From: Eledone cirrhosa
Lineage: Eukaryota
DNA: 64,000 nt
Assembly (NCBI GenBank): GCA_964016885.1
Contig: OZ024753.1
Span: 3,968,001 to 4,032,000, forward strand
Reading direction: 5' to 3'
Shown: positions 25,994 to 42,082 of the stretch, in pieces
Position numbering within the stretch: the first letter of the stretch is position 1
Layout of the letters: the number at the start of each line of letters is the position of its first letter
Notes under the pieces: generated by a model
Databases searched by the model: none
The model's input: the letters and a program-made list of their open reading frames with translations, nothing else
What the model was told of the DNA's origin: nothing
Translations under genes and position numbers: made by a program

Positions 25994-28424
25994 TACAATC
26001 CTATATCTGTCAACATGACATGTCTTTTGATGCCCTAGCTACGGACCGTCAGCAATAGAGAACTCACTTTATGACGACATAACGAACCTTCAAAAAAATA
26101 TTGTCTGGTTCATCTTCGTGATATAAGATCTAACACCAAGATTTTATCAAACATCTCATCCTGCTCCACTCAGAAACCTGTGATCTGCATTAAATTCGGC
26201 TTGATGTGTAAATTAGCAGCTGCCCTTTCAAGCATAACTATTACAAATGGAACCGAGAAGACTGCTGAAGCTTCATACGTCGATATATGTCGCAAATTCG
26301 CCTACACATACGTCCACTGGTGAAACCAAATATGTAGTAGTTGAGACTCCATCCCTTACAGGTCCCTAAATATGACTAAATCTAAAACTATATACGTGAG
26401 AAAATTACTCCTGAAAGATATACTATGCTTGAACATATATTGTTTAAAAGCAACTACATGCTCCGAAAGGCAACGTATTGAACAGACCTCTTGATAAGAT
26501 AAATACACGAAACGCTACTTTTTTTATTTATATAGTTATATCGTGGTTAGATTTAGCGGTAGCACAATTCAATATAAGAATATAGATCACATATTGCTTT
26601 CTGAAAAATAAATATATGTCCCCCCCGAATGAGTGTCGTGGGGAGGAATATAGTGAAATTATGTGACTTGCAAATATGTCTATTTATATGGAATTATGAA
26701 CATTGTTCAGGCTACAAATTAGCGTTATGACTCCTTTAAGCACATTGATTTTAACCAATTAATGAACTGAAAACTACGTAGCATAACTAGAAACAGACTG
26801 ATCAAAGAGGAAATATATCCGATAACAAGAGATAAATGATTTAGGCCTGATAAAACCAAACCTATATGAATGTAGCATGCAACTGCTTATAATATTTTAT
26901 AAAAACAAAAGACATTTGCCAAAATGTATGAACATTTTCCAGAATAGCAAGTCTGCACTAACATGAGGGGCTTCAAGGCATTAAATTGATAGCTGCATGA
27001 GATAACAAAATAAGAGAAAAAAAATAGAAAACGCAGGAAAAAATAAAATAAAAATCACTTTCCATAAACGCATGCCTAAATGAGATTTTCGAAAAAAATG
27101 AATCACTGATTATACGAAATAGATACCGAAGTCCTATGTTGCTAGGCATTAGTAATAAATGTCCAGGTTTATCTGAGTTTCTATCGTAGTAAAAGAACAA
27201 ATTTATTAAACAGCGGGAAATAAAAAATATGAACATTTAGCAGAGATAGGAAACCCCACATAGCTGAGAACATACAAAGAGATGAAAACTGGAAGCCAAA
27301 AAATAAATGAAATGAAGTAGAATAACATTCGTGGTGATACCAAATGCGAAGATTAACACGCTGTAGGAATTTAACACCTCTTCTCTCGTTGTCGTCAATT
27401 GGCAACCCAGAATCAATCTCCTGTCATGGAAACATGAATATTAAATAAAATAACAATGTAAACCGGTAATTAGAGAGATAAGTTATTACAGATCGTTTTC
27501 ACTTTTTCAATAGTATGTAGGATGAATATCATTACTCAAATGAGGATTGCGTCTCTGGTTCTAAACATATTCCAAGGAGCTAGTGCACCATAGTTCAATT
27601 AATCTTCTTCCTCAAGTATATACAACTTAATGAGTGAGCAGCTATCATATTTGGAAAATGCTTAAAGGAAGGAATATTCTTCGCGAGACAACAACAAAAA
27701 CTAGACACGCATGCAAAAAATTTTGTATTGGCAATTGTTTCTACTTCTGACACAAGTCCAGCTATTTTGTATCAATAATAACAGTTTTAGGGCATTTAGA
27801 TAATACGGATGCTAGACGTGAAGTTATAGTAAATATATTCCAACGTCAAGAACATGATCCCTAGGAGATTATTTTGATTTAAGGACATACATGCTAATTG
27901 AAAGTCCAAGCTTGAAAAGTATAGCAAAGAAATTTAGAAAATTGAAATTTGAATGCAAATCAACTGAGCAACTATATTCGTTCTAATGTCAAAAACAGAA
28001 AAAAATCCCTGTTTACGATGTGAAGATTCTACATAGCGGAAATAATGCAAAATTGGAAGTTGCATCCTCCAAAAAAAAAAAAAAGAAGAAATTTAACAAG
28101 TTGTGTGAGCTGGATAGCATCACACATATCACATAGGTATCAGATATAATTTCAGAAACAGAAACAACGAGAGCATTCACGTACAAACAATGCAACAAAT
28201 GCAGTATCCGAGTCAACATCAAATGCACACAAATAATACACTTCTCGCACGAATGATTATATGTTAAGAGATAATACATTAAAGTCCATAATCTCAACAT
28301 TATATACACAGTGGACTTTTCATAATCGAATTGCAGTAGTGCTGCGATCAAATCTTTTAGTAGCAGAGAAAATATAACCACGTAAACTTTCACAACCAAC
28401 CTGAACAACAGCAACAATACTAAC

Positions 28425-29395
28425 AAAACGAGGTGGGCTACTTACACTCCGGGTGATGTTAAAGGTCGGGTGGTTCGATCAACATATCTAGTTGGGTTCC
28501 CTTTGGAAACACCTTAAAATTCTACTTGTGGTATTTAAGTATGAGGGTTCAATCGTCATAGGGCAAATTCTCCTTAATATCAAGGAACTGTGAAGCATTA
28601 TTAGCCTTAGTGACATTTTAAGTGTGAGTTTTTAAATAATCTCCCCTCCTCTTTTTGTATATATGTTGGTCGTGTTATGATGAACATTAGTTCTTGGTTT
28701 GCCTTGCTCAGTAACATAAAGTCTGGTATTTCAGTGTTTGTTGTTTTGTGTCTGTATGTATTATGGTTGTCGTTGTTATTTGTGATAGTGGTGAAGGTGG
28801 TAGAGATACTAGTTACGTTGTTAGCTGGAGTTTGGGAGGTGGTGTATGGCAGCTTGTGTTTGAGTCTGTTTCTGAAGTTTCATGGTTCTTTTTGGTTTTG
28901 GCGGTTCCTTTTCTCATTGTAGGTGAGGATGTGTTTGTGTCTGACAAATACGGCGTTGAAAGAGTGTTTGTCTTTGTGTGTTTAGAGTTGTTAGACTGAG
29001 TCAGAAAGAGGATTAGTTTTGTGTGGATAACGCCTAGGTGTTTTTATGGTTCTCGTTGGTGTTCTTGGTGAGGATGGGGTTTTGTTGGAGTTGTTGTTAG
29101 TCTTACTAGCGCTGGCACGGCTGCTGCAGTTTTTCATGCCACTGTTCTTGTTGTAGCTACTAAAACCGGTGTGGATATGAAAATGTTTGTGTAGTTGACA
29201 TTAATGCTCTTATTCTTGTTGTTGCCGTAAAGTGCTGCCGGTTCCGCTAATTTTTCTTCACGTGATGTCGCTGGTGTTTTTGCTGCTGTTTTTTTTTTTT
29301 ACTTTGGCTGTTCCATTTGGTGGGCAGACCGCTGTTCAACTCAGTGGAGGAGTCTATTGTCAGCCGTCATCTCTATGTTTTAAAAATGAGACGTT
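28425..29395 (-). mobile_element. Decayed ORF1/gag-like retroelement remnant, copy 2
   Basis: Shares its 5' motif with 19556-19597. The minus strand is T/K/N/P-rich and ends ...KVFPKGTQLDMLIEPPDL* followed by catcacccggagtgtaagtagcccacctcg. Confidence 0.45.
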
Positions 29396-30506
29396 CAATA
29401 AGCACAAATATTTAGGGATACATATATAGGAAGTTCAACCAACTTCCTAAGACCATGCTTCGTTTAGTAACAAAATAATATATGATATTCAGACACAAAT
29501 GAGTTAAACACACATTAACTTACTACACCGATGCGTAACATGTGTCAATAGACTCGAAAAACAACAATGATAAATTGACAATAATAATACAGTTCTTGTT
29601 TTTTGTATTATTTATGTTAGAATCATTTTTTTTTATGTCGATTTAAATTCGATATTATTAATTGGACGATGCTGCAAACACGGCTGAAAAAAATATTGTT
29701 TACGCTAAAAACTTATTTTTGAATATCAATTTAATTTTGTAGTTAAATATGTCACCGAATGATCAATATAATCTATGTATGTCCACCCGAAAATTGCCTT
29801 AAGCTAAATATTGCAGACTGCAAGGTGCGTAGCTAAATGTAGCGTTTAATTGCATACCTGCATACTGATGTAAACTTTCGTAAAATAAATATTAAAGAAA
29901 AGTTTATTCCTGGATTCTTTTGCTTTTGTTTAAATTCTGTTCTTTTTGCTACAGTACTACTATGTCAAGTAAGAACATAGATTTTTAAGAACATACTGCG
30001 CATGCAAGCTAATCGTTCGGCTTCTTATTTTGGCTCTCAACAAAAAACATTTCACATGATTCCCGGAGTGATACGGATAAAAAAGATATATATAAATCTG
30101 AATAATCTCTTCATGAGAATAGCTTATGTTATGCCTACATGTACGATATTTCTCTCTGTGGCATCGATGGTGATGCCAATATCAACCACCTATTCCTCGG
30201 GTGACATTCAATACCGTCCTTCCCACCACTACACGAGGGGTGGGAGGACTCATCACAATTCTTTCCGGCATATATACTCCTTTTACATATAATGGAATAT
30301 GAGGTTAAATCTATTATATATTTTCCTCCTCACATCTCCCAACATTAATTTTAGCATTGTATTTTCTCTTCACTTTCTGCTGGGATTCGAAACGCTACAC
30401 CCATACATGTTTATTTATTTGTCCATATATACCTCTCTCCTCTGATTTTCTCCTTGTCTCTCTCAATCTATCTATATTATATATATATATATATCCCTCT
30501 ATCTAT

Positions 30507-30627
<121 letters not shown>

Positions 30628-33443
30628 AGTGTTCCCTTTAACATAGCTTCGAGCACTCACACTTAAGTAAATTCAAGTGATATCCTGTATTCATCATATC
30701 TTCGGATGTCTGTCAGATGATCCAGCGTTCATACGATGACACAATCCGTGAAATGCTCTACTATATCGGCTACAAATCAATCACGAACATCCAATTCCAC
30801 TTTGTTGACAGCGACGAATATCTATTTTCTTCGTATAGAGTACACGTATATTGTAAACAATGTCATATAAATATCACCACACCATGTAAAATAAATTACC
30901 ATCTGATATAATTTGCATTCATAATGAAGTTATCAATTACTATAAACATTTTAATCCGATATTCTCTACACTTTTCCATTCTTTATGTACAATAAAAATA
31001 TTTATTTTTAATATTTAATAAAATACCGACGATTTTAATAGAGCGGAAAATAACGTTTTCACTAAATGCATTTTGTAAAGGCTTTGGCAGCATTGTAATG
31101 TAAATTAACCACAAATAACTTCTAAGATTGCGTCATAGTAATGGCTAACTCTCAAAATTCTAATGTTCATTGCATTTTATTCAAGGCGAAAATTCAGTTA
31201 TCTACAGACATTGTCTACTTTCCAAAGCACAAGATAAGTGGCGCCACCCCATCAAAGAGATTGATGTAGGAGATAATATTGTTTTCAATTTAGTTAACAT
31301 TTAGAAAATTGGAATTTATAGTAATGCAAGTGAATTGGAAGCCGCTTCAAGAAGAACAATGCTGGAAATAAATCACTGCATGTGATATTTTATGCAGAAT
31401 TGCTTGATAAAAATCAGATAGTCAGAAAATGGTTCAACTAGTATTTATAATACAGTTTGATAGCAACTGTTAATAGCACGGTCATTCAAATGAGCATCAG
31501 AGAACATGGACGGAAAGTGCATAAAGCGTGGGTGTACATTCATTATACGCAGACAAACAAATATGTAATAAAATAAGATTCACCGCACCACCACGGCTAT
31601 AGGAAGTAAATTCATCTTTCAGTTAATGTCTTGTCAGAAATATAGCACTTTTGTGAGGTGTAAAGATATATGTTTTATAGTTTTATATTCACACTCAGCG
31701 ATAGTATATACTATTTACTCGCAAATGGGAATTGCTTTCATTTGAATAATACTTATTGGATTAACCATATTCAACGAAAGTGTAAATCAATTCTCTTCAA
31801 ATATGAAAATACCCTACAAAATATATTAAACATATTTACACTTAATGGAAAGGTACACATTTTACGTTCAGCTATTTATTCAAAATAAAATTATTCATCT
31901 ATATTATTTACACAATTGAAATCTAGTGCCGTTCTCATACGCCTATACAGATAAACTCTCAATCGATGTAAAATATCATTTTTAAAGGGGAAGAAAAACA
32001 AATTTACTTTTATTTAAACAATTATCACGGTGCAAGGGTGGATTCTAAACTGCTTATATTCATTGTATTCATTGTATTCCTCCAACTAACGAAATGGGTA
32101 TTAAATATCTTACGTTATACACTTTGTAAGGTTTAGGTCAATGAAAAAAGAGAGCACCTATTACCAATTTGTTTCACACGTGTTTTAGTGGGGTTATATA
32201 ATAAAATACAACTATTTAATGGATCATACCAGAGGATATGCAACACAATTGACTCAGGTATAAATGGACCTATTAATAGCTACACATATCCCTGATATTT
32301 TTTAACTGAGATCAAAATTTCGCTTTAAATCTAGCATCATTTATTAAAGAGAAATACTGTATATTTTAAAACATACAACAATACAATTCTGCCATGCAAT
32401 AACACCTTTGAAATATTCCCATTTACATGTATTGGTGACTGCTTTGAAGAGACTTGTATATATGCAATAGTAATCATATCTAAAATGAATGAAAACGACA
32501 GTGAGTATATAGAACATTTTGCCAACGTAGACTTCTATTTTCATTAAAGAAACAACACAATACAAAGAAGATATCACCCAACAATAAAACGCCTATTTGT
32601 TGTTTTGTTTTTTTTAATAGCAACGTGCTCAATATAATTATATGGCGGCACTCAGATAAAGATCACCTTATAAAAAAACCAAAAGATGTTTGTAAGCTCT
32701 GTATCCCAGAAGCAAAAAAAACAAAACATTGAATAAACATATATTAATATTTTTTATCAACGCATTTATATGAGCAAATACTTCCCGAAATACCGTATAA
32801 AATGCGAAAAGAAGGACTGTGAACACCGAACATATCGCGAATTCCTTTCCTGTACTTTTTAAATAACATTTCGTGAGTTAAGTAGTAACGAAGTCTGAAT
32901 AGCTTACCTAGTATCATAACATGAGTCAGTTTCTGCCACATAAATGAATGCGCAGAAATTTCATGAATGAGATCAGTTCTTCCTCATGAAATAGATACCC
33001 TTCAAAAACACACAAAGGAAATATCCTTTATCTTCTTTATTCATGCACATATCAGCCATCATTGGGACTTTTCGTCAAAAGAAGTAAACACATAAACGAA
33101 TATCTTCTGACATACACGCAAACATGCACACATTTATGAAACCCTTTCAATGCACACTCAAACATCGAAATACCACTAATACACCTGTCAGTGGAAGAAA
33201 ATAAGTTTAAAGACCAGCTTTTATGAATCTATATATGAATATGGAATAACAAATCATACCCCTCTGTACTTGAAGAGCATTGTTACGGAAAAGCTGAAAG
33301 CAATATTTCTAACATGAAAATAAAATATCTAGGTATTAAAATAAATATATAGCACGCTGGTTATGAACATTTTCTCCTCTTTTCACAAATACTTTGAAGT
33401 TGTATGCACGCATACACACACACACGCGCACACGCACAAACAC

Positions 33444-33506
<63 letters not shown>

Positions 33507-34884
33507 CGATTTACATGCTGAAAGTAATATAGTGTATTAAAACATATATATCTTGGGAAGAGGAATGGAATTAGCGGTGAATACTCATATATTCCATGTA
33601 TTTCCTCTTTTTTCGGAGCGGGATTTATCCGGAAGAATCGGTTATGAGGAAAATTGTGTCTATTCTTTAATATTTCTGACGAAATAGAGTAAATCCTGAT
33701 AGTACTTAAACCGGAGTAAGAAACAAGTACTTTCTGTATATATAATTTAACGTGTTTCCATTTTCGATTTTCTAGAGTAAAAATAGGATATTTATAACAG
33801 TTTCGACAATGGGTTCTTCTGTGATTTGTTCAATAGAAATATTTTGACATAAGCGTATAATCTCGTCACAATTCAATGTACACGGCAACGGTAAAAGTAA
33901 ACATTATGCACTAGATATTAGAAATAACGTGTGCTATGCGGAAAATGGTGAGGGAGTTAAACATTTGCCATCACGACAACCTGGCTGTCTGCAAGGGACA
34001 TCACCCTAATGCAAACAAAGTATTCCGAATTTCCAGGTTATTCTTCCAATATTGTCGACGTTAAAATAAAGGATTAATGTCTGATATCTTCTCATTGGCG
34101 AGAAAAACTGTAAAATCAATTGAAGGTATGAATACAAAGTAAATAACCTATTATTAGATATAGAGTAACGTACATATTTTTGACAGGAATATTATCATTA
34201 GATGTATCAAGCCAAGTAAATATAACCTATGTCACCTACAGTTCTATAAGTGTCCATGTTATATAAATTTACCAGAAATAGCAGAATTTTCAAATTAATT
34301 TGACGTAACATGCGTTGCGCTACTCTTCCATTTAAATATCTTATGTGACTTGTGTTGCGAAATGTTCCGTCTAAATACTGCATTAATACGGATCATTATA
34401 TACATAAAATGTCTCGTCAATCTCTTAACAGTTGTATTAACATTGAATATATTGTCAGAATATATATTCTCTCTGTGAATGAGACATTTATATAAATAGA
34501 AAATGTCGCGACAATGCGGTGGGCCATATGTATATTGAAAATGTCATATGGAAAACTATCTAAGAAAATTTAGCAACATGGGAAGAGTGATTTCACTTAA
34601 TTTACATAATTAATTTTGGGGATAGGATTTCCTTGTTGATATATATATTACATACTGAAATATAATGACGCGCATGTATAAATAATCTATTTCTTCTTTG
34701 GTTTCTCAGTTGGATTTGATGATGTGTATAAAATTACTGATGCATCAGGTCTTTAATTATATTATTATTTGCAAAGTGGAATATCCAGAAATGCGACTAG
34801 ACTTAACGACGTTAACGTCATAAACATTGCTGCATGTTTGACACACATACAATTCACACACACACACACACCCGCGCAAGCACG

Positions 34885-34927
<43 letters not shown>

Positions 34928-35248
34928 AGATGTCAACATCAATTGACCAGTTTTATTTATCTAAAGACATTTTTTCCAATTACAACACGCCCGCCCCCTC
35001 AATCTCTCTTATTTCTCAGTCTTTCGTCTGATGAAGGACTAGCGTCCTGCTGTTAACCTGGTATGTTCCTTCCATATACTATACCGATTGTGTTGTTATT
35101 TCAGTTTACCTTTTACATTATATATAATTAGAATTTAGATATGAAATAGCTGTATACAAACATGTATATGGATTTCGAATATCTAAACATATAAGATATA
35201 TTTATAAATAAATATTTTGAAAGACACAGCTATGAATAGAACACTGAA

Positions 35249-35273
35249 TTTCGAACTTAATGGTTCTCATCAG
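35249..35273 (-). ncRNA. Partial hammerhead ribozyme core (stems I and III not recoverable)
   Basis: Minus strand CTGATGA-GAAC-cattaa-GTTC-GAAA: both conserved core boxes and a perfect 4-bp stem II. Confidence 0.5.
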
Positions 35274-35727
35274 GACGATGCTTCACTCTCGCTACTGCTA
35301 GACTTTGAAACAGTCAATAATACTTTCCTGGCATTTAATGCATCCAAGAAACGTTTCAATGAATAAGAATTATAATAAATCTTTAGCAAAATGAAAAAAA
35401 TTGACACAGATTTATATCGGTACCAGCGATTCAATATTGATAGAGACATTAAACAGTTCTTAGATTAATCCATATATGTATTTTTTAGCAGTTATCATTT
35501 GTCCGAAGAGCTTCATTTCATTTTCCTTTATATAATAGTAGATGTGTAACGAGGTAAAAATAGAGACATCACACGTATGAGTCGATCGAATGTTAAGTAT
35601 GTTTCAAGAGGATATTTACTAGAGATAAATGTGACTGTGCTTCTGTGTGTGTGTCTATATATCAATACACAGTGACACTTATCTTATAATCTACAGTTGT
35701 TGTCCTCCTGTTTCTTCTACAACAGCT

Positions 35728-36042
35728 ACAACGGCGGTCAGAATGGAGAAGGCGTTTCCCCGGAGGACGGCGATGGAGACGCGCTGGAAGAGCCACTCCA
35801 ACTCGCGGGCTTCACACCTGCGGCTGGCCACCTCAGCGCCTATGGTGGTGAGTAAGGAGGTAGCCCTGGGGCCGAGGACACCAGAAGTCACCACTGCCAT
35901 GGGTACGACTGCAAACCTGTCGGAGAGCGACCGTGCAGCAGAACCTGGGTCAGTCGCAGACTGCACCAGGTTGCGGCTGCAGAAAGTGTAGGTGCAAGTG
36001 GCATCCCAGACGAGGAGTTTGCCACCGCGGAACGGGAAGATT
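35728..36042 (-). mobile_element. CRE-clade element fragment (RLE domain, internal deletion)
   Basis: TIFPFRGGKLLVWDATC.YTFCSRNLVQSATDPGSAAR/SLSDRFAVVPMAV.TSGVLGPRAT...EWLFQRVSIAVLRGNA. Clearly homologous to 20700-21350. Confidence 0.9.
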
Positions 36043-37007
36043 GTTACAAGAATAACCAAGCTTAAATAGTTCAATTGGTGTTGGCCATAAAATGCATAAT
36101 AAAACAATTATAAATATATATGTACGGCATGAAATAATCTACTAAATCGGACCCTCTTCTTCATACATGGATTATCATTCATGTACAAATGTCTGAATAA
36201 TAATGAAAAGAAACCGTAAATAAAAAAAAAAAATAAAGTACTTTAGCTTTGTTTCATCGCTGCAGATATCCTCGCTTAAGATCTGCAAAGAAAACCAAGG
36301 ATCTTAGATACTGCTCTTTTCTCATAAATACAGTACTTAAATTTTTCAAATGTCTGCTGTTATATGAAGCAGGGAAGTAACCTGCATGCACAAAAGTTCA
36401 TTGATATGCGCTCAATATTTATGTTACTGTTTAGTTTTTATCTGAAGATCAATATTGGTGATAAATATAAAACTTTCAAGCCATAAATGGATCCATAAAT
36501 GTTTTTGTTTGGCTGTTTTTTCAATATCCATTAAAGAGAAATACAAAAGAAAGCCAATTTTGCAGCCCATTTATGCATTAAGCCTGAAAAAATGGCCGAC
36601 ATTGAAATGATATAAAAAAATACACTATGACATTTTGAAAAGGAGATTTTAAAGTAATTTTTTTTTTTGTTAAAAGTAAAACTATTGAATGTGAAATCCC
36701 GAATTTTCAATTTGACTTTCTTTGCTGTTATGCTCTTATTGCCGTTTTGAAACACACACATACACACACACGCACACACACACACATAATTACATGTATC
36801 TGTGTGTATGTTCGTGCGTGTGTGTTTGTTTGTATCGGCGTGTGTGTATTTATGTATTTGTATACAGACACGCACACACGTTCACAATCACACACGCACA
36901 CCCACAAACAGAGTGAGAGAGACAGACACGCGTCATATTTGTCATGAGCATATATGATATTTCAATCATGATTTGGTTTACTTAATAAATTTATTGTTGG
37001 GATTGTA

Positions 37008-37370
37008 TTTCTAGATAGAGTATTTTGTAGGAAAATAGATAGGTCTTGCTTTGGCTGTCCACAATTCAAGATAGTCAGCTTCACGGACCACAAATTCCTG
37101 ATCTGTGTGGTTGACTTAGATAAGCTTCATAGTCAAGGACCCGGCTACTGGAAGCTAAACGCGTCATTACCAGCGCGCAAGGCCTATAGAGTCCGGATTA
37201 GCGAACTAGTTAAGCGGGCGTTGACGGGGGCCATCGTCAACATACAAGTGGTGGTTTGCTCTGAAAAGAGCGATTAGAACAGAGTCCATTAGGTTTAGTA
37301 AGGCTTTAGCAATAGAGAAAAATAGAGCAGAGGGAGAACTAGTTAGAAAATTAGACGAGGCGCTTAGCTT
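37008..37370 (+). mobile_element. L1/Tx1-clade LINE ORF2 fragment (end of APE endonuclease plus linker)
   Basis: LDRVFCRKIDRSCFGCPQFKIVSFTDHKFLIC...GPGYWKLNASL..., then a frameshift to KWWFALKRAIR. The xDR, (S/T)DH and GxGYWKLN motifs are typical of L1/Tx1 ORF2. Confidence 0.85.
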
Positions 37371-38580
37371 GCGGCGAATTTGGTCCTTGACCAATTCTTC
37401 AATGCAATGCACGAAAGCTGGTATTTTGTACTTTCCTACTTGTGTCGGCTCTTTTGGACTATAAAGTACGTATTATTAGCATTATCAAGATTGATGTTGT
37501 TGCTGCTTGTTGTTGAGGAGTTTGCATCAAGATATTTCCGATATGTTACTCCCAAATAGCCAGAGGTATTTTGTCGGTAAAACAAGCAGTAATAATTATT
37601 TCTTTCAAGTATTCTTGAAAACAAAAGTAGCAATATTTGTTCCGGAGTAGCGGAGAAATTTAATTGTTTGAGAGTTTGTATCAATAGGCCTAATAGCATA
37701 TAGCACCTATTCAAATGCCCACTGCCGATGAATGTTAAAGAAGAGGTCCTTTTTTGAGAGAATTCAGCTCTAGAAATATTCATTAGCCGTGTTATCGGGG
37801 ACCATTTAAACTTCAGCATGAATACAACTGTATTATAACTGTTGTCGGCTTGGCCAGTCAGAGCTAAGATATTGATAACAGAAAATGTTTGCTTCGAGTA
37901 TTGCTGACTGGTGGATTTAAGCAGAAAGGCTATTGTGAGGTATAGAAAACACCTACTGTGAACAACCACCACCTTGGTAAATTTTGAACAGTTTTACCCG
38001 GCGTACATTTGATTAAACTGTCGATTTTATTCAAACACGTACACCGTAATTGCTATTGAATTTGTGTAGCAAATACAAGCATGAAAACCTCGACCATATC
38101 ATAGTTTCACTTGTGACATAGCTAAAAATGTTTTTGAATGTTACATGCAAAAAGTAAATAAATCTTCTTGGCTAGAAATCCTTATTTCACGCTACAAAAT
38201 AATCGTAATTTAGCAATGTACATAAAACCTCAAGAGGGAAAAATTCAGTTGGGAAAGCAAAAGAAAAAATGACGAAATGGTTACTGGGAAACTCTCTTTA
38301 TTCGCATATAAAATGGAGAGGAGAATACAATGAGCTGCTTAGTCAGAGCAGTGATCGGTTGTACACGCGACTGCTTCATAACAATGCATTCTCGACGAGT
38401 TCGATGGCAGAATTTCTATTGAAAACAGAGGATTGCCGTTATATCATTATACATAGAAATGCAATCAAACATGCACTTATACACATACACAACCATATGT
38501 ATGAATGCATGTATGAATGTATATATGCATATATATATGTGTGTGTACTTGTATATATATATATATAGCCACGCACACAT

Positions 38581-38617
<37 letters not shown>

Positions 38618-39384
38618 CAAATATGTATAGTATCATCGTCATCAATACCTGAGTATGTTTTCATGAGATAGAGAAAGAGAGTTAAAGGGAGAATAATGTG
38701 TGTGTATACAGGCTTCGACATGCACACGTAAACATGTACACACACATCTATGTGTATGTGTGTCTGTGAGTGCATGCGTATATGTGTGCGTGTGTGTATG
38801 TGTGCGTTTGTGCGTGTGTATGTGCGTGCATGTAAATGTTTATGTTTATGGATACAAACACGGAGAGATACATATACGTGTAAGCATGTTCGTGTGATCA
38901 TTTATTTCTAGGTGTGTGTTTCTATAGGAGCTTACATACGTCATGCGATTCAGGGCGTAGCAGGATTGGATGTACAAAGCTATAGCAAGTTCATTATGAA
39001 TACTGTTTCGTAGAACAAATCTCTCAGATTACTGATGCACGTTGATGGCACAAAAGAGAACTACTAGGTTATCCATTAACGAAATACAATGAAAGCAATA
39101 CAATGATACGGACGTTGAAAAGATATGGCTTATTAATACAGATAGGGATGCATTTTTGTAATATAATAGACGTTCATAACCACCATTATTTATGGCTTAG
39201 TTGTGGATGGTCGAAATGTTGCAGCTATCGTTGTTGTTGTCATTAGATTGTTGCATGTAGATATTCCCAAGTGTATACATATTTTTTTTAAACTATAAAC
39301 TACTGCATATTACGTTCGTAATATATGTGCATATATGCGGTAATTTTCTCTTGCAACACCATATACACACATGCATACCCACAG

Positions 39385-39501
<117 letters not shown>

Positions 39502-39544
39502 TGTATATACATATATGTGTGTTTTTCTGCAAGTATATTGTAGA

Positions 39545-40183
39545 GAATATTAAAAAGCCAGAAAAGATTATGAATGTAGGCGGGAAGCCGTTAGAATTGG
39601 ATGAGGACTTCCTGTATCTGGGAGCAAAGATTAGGAACACAAATGATGATGTGGGTGAGAGGAAGATCAAAGCCTGGGCGGCGTGCCACAGTTTCAGATC
39701 AGTATGAAAGTCGGACCTTCGTTAAGGCCTGAAGATCCGTCTCTTCGTTGCTACAGTGGAGTCTGTGCTACCCTACGGGTCAGAGATTTGGACACTGACC
39801 AAGACACTGACCAGGGAAACTCACTTAGATGGTGGGTGGGTGTCACACAAGAATGCTGAGGATGGCCCTGAACATTAATCAGTATACACTGAGGATGTAG
39901 ATCTCAGAGCTGTAGGGGAGCCTCCCAAATGTCAGCTCCAAAGTAACACAGAGGAGACTGAGGTTATCTGGACATGCTCACCGACATTCAGAGTTGACAC
40001 TACATTTAGTGCTCCTGTTGAAGCCCCTTCATGGGAACACTAGAAGAGGGAGACCGAGATTGACATGTTGATACCCTAAGGACGGACACAGGTCTCCTGG
40101 AGACGCAGGACATGGCAGCAATGATCAAGGACAGAGCTCGCTGGAGATAACTCGTCATGAATCTCGGGAATTTTACCCGCCCT
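39545..40183 (+). mobile_element. 5'-truncated RTE-clade LINE (RT thumb and C-terminus), pseudogenised
   Basis: LELDEDFLYLGAKI...RKIKAWAACH...LKIRLFVATVESVLPYGSEIWTLTK...RMLRMALNI...QRRLRLSGHAHRH...RRGRPRLT..DTL...DRARWR. Lies after a CA/TA tract and ends in a short TA run. Confidence 0.9.
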
Positions 40184-42082
40184 ATGTATATATATATCAT
40201 ATATTGAGTTATAAACTCGAAATAGCCTATTACAATTAAATAGCTCAAAGAAGTGAATATTTCCGAGCCGTGTAATACAAATGAATATATGAGAGAGATG
40301 AACACCGATACAAGTCTCGGCTCCATACCTAGAGCTAATTTTAGTCCCATAAAATCGGCTGCTATTTTTAGCGGCACCAGTATGAGAAGAGCTAGGCGCT
40401 GTGACATGTGCGTTCAACAACACATATTTCTCAGTCTTCTTAATTATTTTGAAGTGAAAGGTACGAATTTCCTGGATACCCGCAGAAGAGAACAGGGATA
40501 GTGACTTTCACTTAATAATTGTTGCGAAACAGATTTAGAATCTGTCCGGGTATCACGGCCATTGCCAATATAGGTTTGTTATTTTTATTGATTTATTACT
40601 TTAAATCGAGACAGGCAAACCATATTATTTTAAATTAGTATTTTTTCAACCTAGCTAACTTGGTCATTTGCAATCGAACACATGTAAACTTGTATCGGTG
40701 TTCATCCCTCTCATATATTCATTTGTATATATATATATATATATATAATATGCAAAGAGAAATCTCGCCTACCAAAGAAAAATAAGATGTTGAGGAGAGT
40801 GTCACCTTTTGACAGTTTCAATGTACACCAAGTTAAATTAATAGTGTGTGTAATAATTTCTGAGACGTTCTTTTGCTCTTTGAGACAGAATACACCAAGG
40901 GCAGTCATACACCCTTTCAATCTTGGAAATCCAAGCACAACAGATCGTGTCGGTCATTGTAAGCATCCATTGTCTGATGTATCAAGAAGGATTTGAGGTT
41001 GCATCCTGTAAGCTTTTGATATGGACAACGTTTTACGAAAGGTTATACTTTTCCTCTCTTCATTTTATTCAGGCCCATTAAATGAAGCACGTTCCCCGCC
41101 AGTATATAACACTAGGCCCTTCAGTGGGTCCACTAAGGACATTTAAATTCACTATACATTTCAATTTTAGTGTTCAGCCATTATACATACTACCCAGTAC
41201 AAGTATCATTTGAAAATAACCTACACTAATTATGTTCCTCACATGTATGCATATCGTTTCATTCAGTATATATTTCATATGACTTATGAAACTAAATGTC
41301 TATGTAACATAGAGAGAAAGATTTTCTTTTAAAATGACATTTTTCGTTTCCGAGAAAAAAACAACATTTTTTCCATGTAGAATATACATATATACGAATT
41401 ACGAAAAGAATGTCACATACATGATATATACTGTGAATGTTAAATAAATGTTCGAGCTATAAAACTAACTAGCTTCGTCTATCTCTTGAGGTTCGTTTTT
41501 ATATATTCTTGTTTCGAGTAAATCCAATAATACCACGCATTAGAGACATGTTGCATCGTCAATCGAATTAAGGCTTAGTATGTATATAACAGTTTATGAA
41601 CAGACCTGGAGAATATAGATATTTATGGGCCTTTGTTACACACACACATTAAACAATAAATAAAATAGCAGGAATACAATTTGAAGGCAATAAGACTGCT
41701 TAATTGTTTTAGAGCTTTCGATGCCGTCGGGGTAAAAATAAGTAATACGCTAACTAAATACCTAACCTAATCAAATGACTGAACTCATGTAATAGAATGA
41801 AGTCCACAGAATCACAGTGTCAGATAATTGAGTTAAGGCGATCGGGGCATTATGCCTGCAAAGTCTGAATAGAAACCGGTCAAACCACATACAAGAAGTC
41901 ACCATAACGGATCAAAACCAAATAACAGAAGTCACCATATCGGACGATCTAGCAATCCTGCCAATCCATCATTTTGAGCCAGCACTATATCAGAGCTGTC
42001 GATTTTCCGCATCCGACGGGGTGGGGGATTGACAGTTTGGGGTTGGTGAGAGATGTCTTGTGAAAATGTATATAGCTTTCAT